A stretch of 63,136 bases of DNA, the filler included, from Octopus bimaculoides (taxonomy: Eukaryota), in NCBI RefSeq assembly GCF_001194135.2. It is 8 parts of 7 records of this genome, joined end to end, with 100 filler letters (N's around TTAATTAATTAA, not from the genome) between each part and the next. Parts side by side here need not be neighbours in the genome. Positions count along the whole stretch, not along the records: positions 61,230 to 63,136 come from NC_068984.1; 7 more parts are not named here. One strand, given 5' to 3'. Numbering within the stretch: the stretch's first letter is position 1; every line of letters begins with the position of its first letter. Of this stretch, positions 62,501 to 63,136 are shown piece after piece. A program made the position numbers and the translations under genes. The notes beneath the pieces are model-generated. The model was not told where the DNA came from and did no database searches. It was given only the letters and a program-made list of their open reading frames with translations.

Positions 62501-63136
62501 TTTATAAGATCCAAGGATCGAAGTGTAGGAGGCTTGTAAGCTTTGGCATTTTAATAATTAAACACCAAGTCAGGATCGAGATTAGCATATCCATGTATAC
62601 ATTGTATATAAAAAGAAAATAGTGTAGTATTGTCTGTTAATAGATTTACGTGATTCACCCATATTATAACTGGCTATGCTTCGGTAGAGATATGTTCTTT
62701 TCCTTGTTACCAAAATGAGAGGGTCAACGCACGTTCCATATCTTGATATTTTTCCGAACCTAATTTTTGATAAGTTTTAATTCACCAGAAGAATTCTCAT
62801 GAGGTAATCGGCTTATTCATCAATAATAAACACACCTAAAACAAATTTAAACACACACACACTCGCCCCCCCCCCCATGCACATACTAGCCATCTTCGTA
62901 CTTTTCTGTCTCCCAAAATGACTTTTTCTATCTCTTTCCACTTCCAGTCATTTCAGCAGTGTAACCACAGACGTGTTGTTGGTGATACTTTTTCCTTCTC
63001 TGGACTTTTCCGTTTTCCTTTCTTACGAAGTGCTATGCTCGAAACGTCAAAGCCCTCTCTTTTTTACCACTGTTACCGAGCGTCAAACTAATACATTCCA
63101 TATGTACGTCCTCTTGGTGTTTTGTTATTGTTATTT

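Noticed and set aside
63010-63060. Hammerhead-like string cttacgaagtgctatgctcgaaacgtc; also ctgaggactggtgaaac in family G and ccgaaacgttg near 54355
   Set aside because: The invariant CUGANGA core is missing, or stem II cannot form with a G-C closing pair. At most degenerate Penelope-type remnants, not supportable as ribozymes.

Overview
AT-rich, microsatellite- and SINE-dense animal genomic DNA, most consistent with an octopus draft assembly (inferred from the tRNA-headed SINE families and repeat landscape; not verifiable here). It has many N gaps. Seven identical 100-bp spacers (44 N + TTAATTAATTAA + 44 N) split the window into eight blocks: 1-12921, 13022-14646, 14747-31957, 32058-37051, 37152-56067, 56168-59067, 59168-61129 and 61230-63136. 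Their relative order and orientation may be unreliable. Host genes supported by spliceable exons: (1) the 3' half of an OATP/SLCO transporter on the minus strand, with four exons at 55764-39358 and the Kazal-domain exon not visible; (2) three in-phase exons of a Myb/SANT-like (MSANTD/trihelix-type) gene on the minus strand at 27016-19304, with the N-terminal exon not visible; (3) one intact INTS13/asunder exon on the plus strand at 33124-33348, alone in its block; (4) weaker candidate terminal exons at 4036-4138 and 14103-14134. The rest is transposon debris: several SINE families (dozens of copies), a near full-length degenerate Tc1, two mariners, MITEs, Helitron/Helentron-type pieces, and RTE, CR1/L2 and Hero-like LINE fragments. 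I found no clear-cut novel multi-gene system. The most interesting signals are a 79-bp near-perfect hairpin behind the Myb/SANT gene, a CpG-decay (methylation) domain recorded in SINE copies, a candidate SINE-derived poison exon, the orphan INTS13 exon and a six-copy head-to-tail SINE array.
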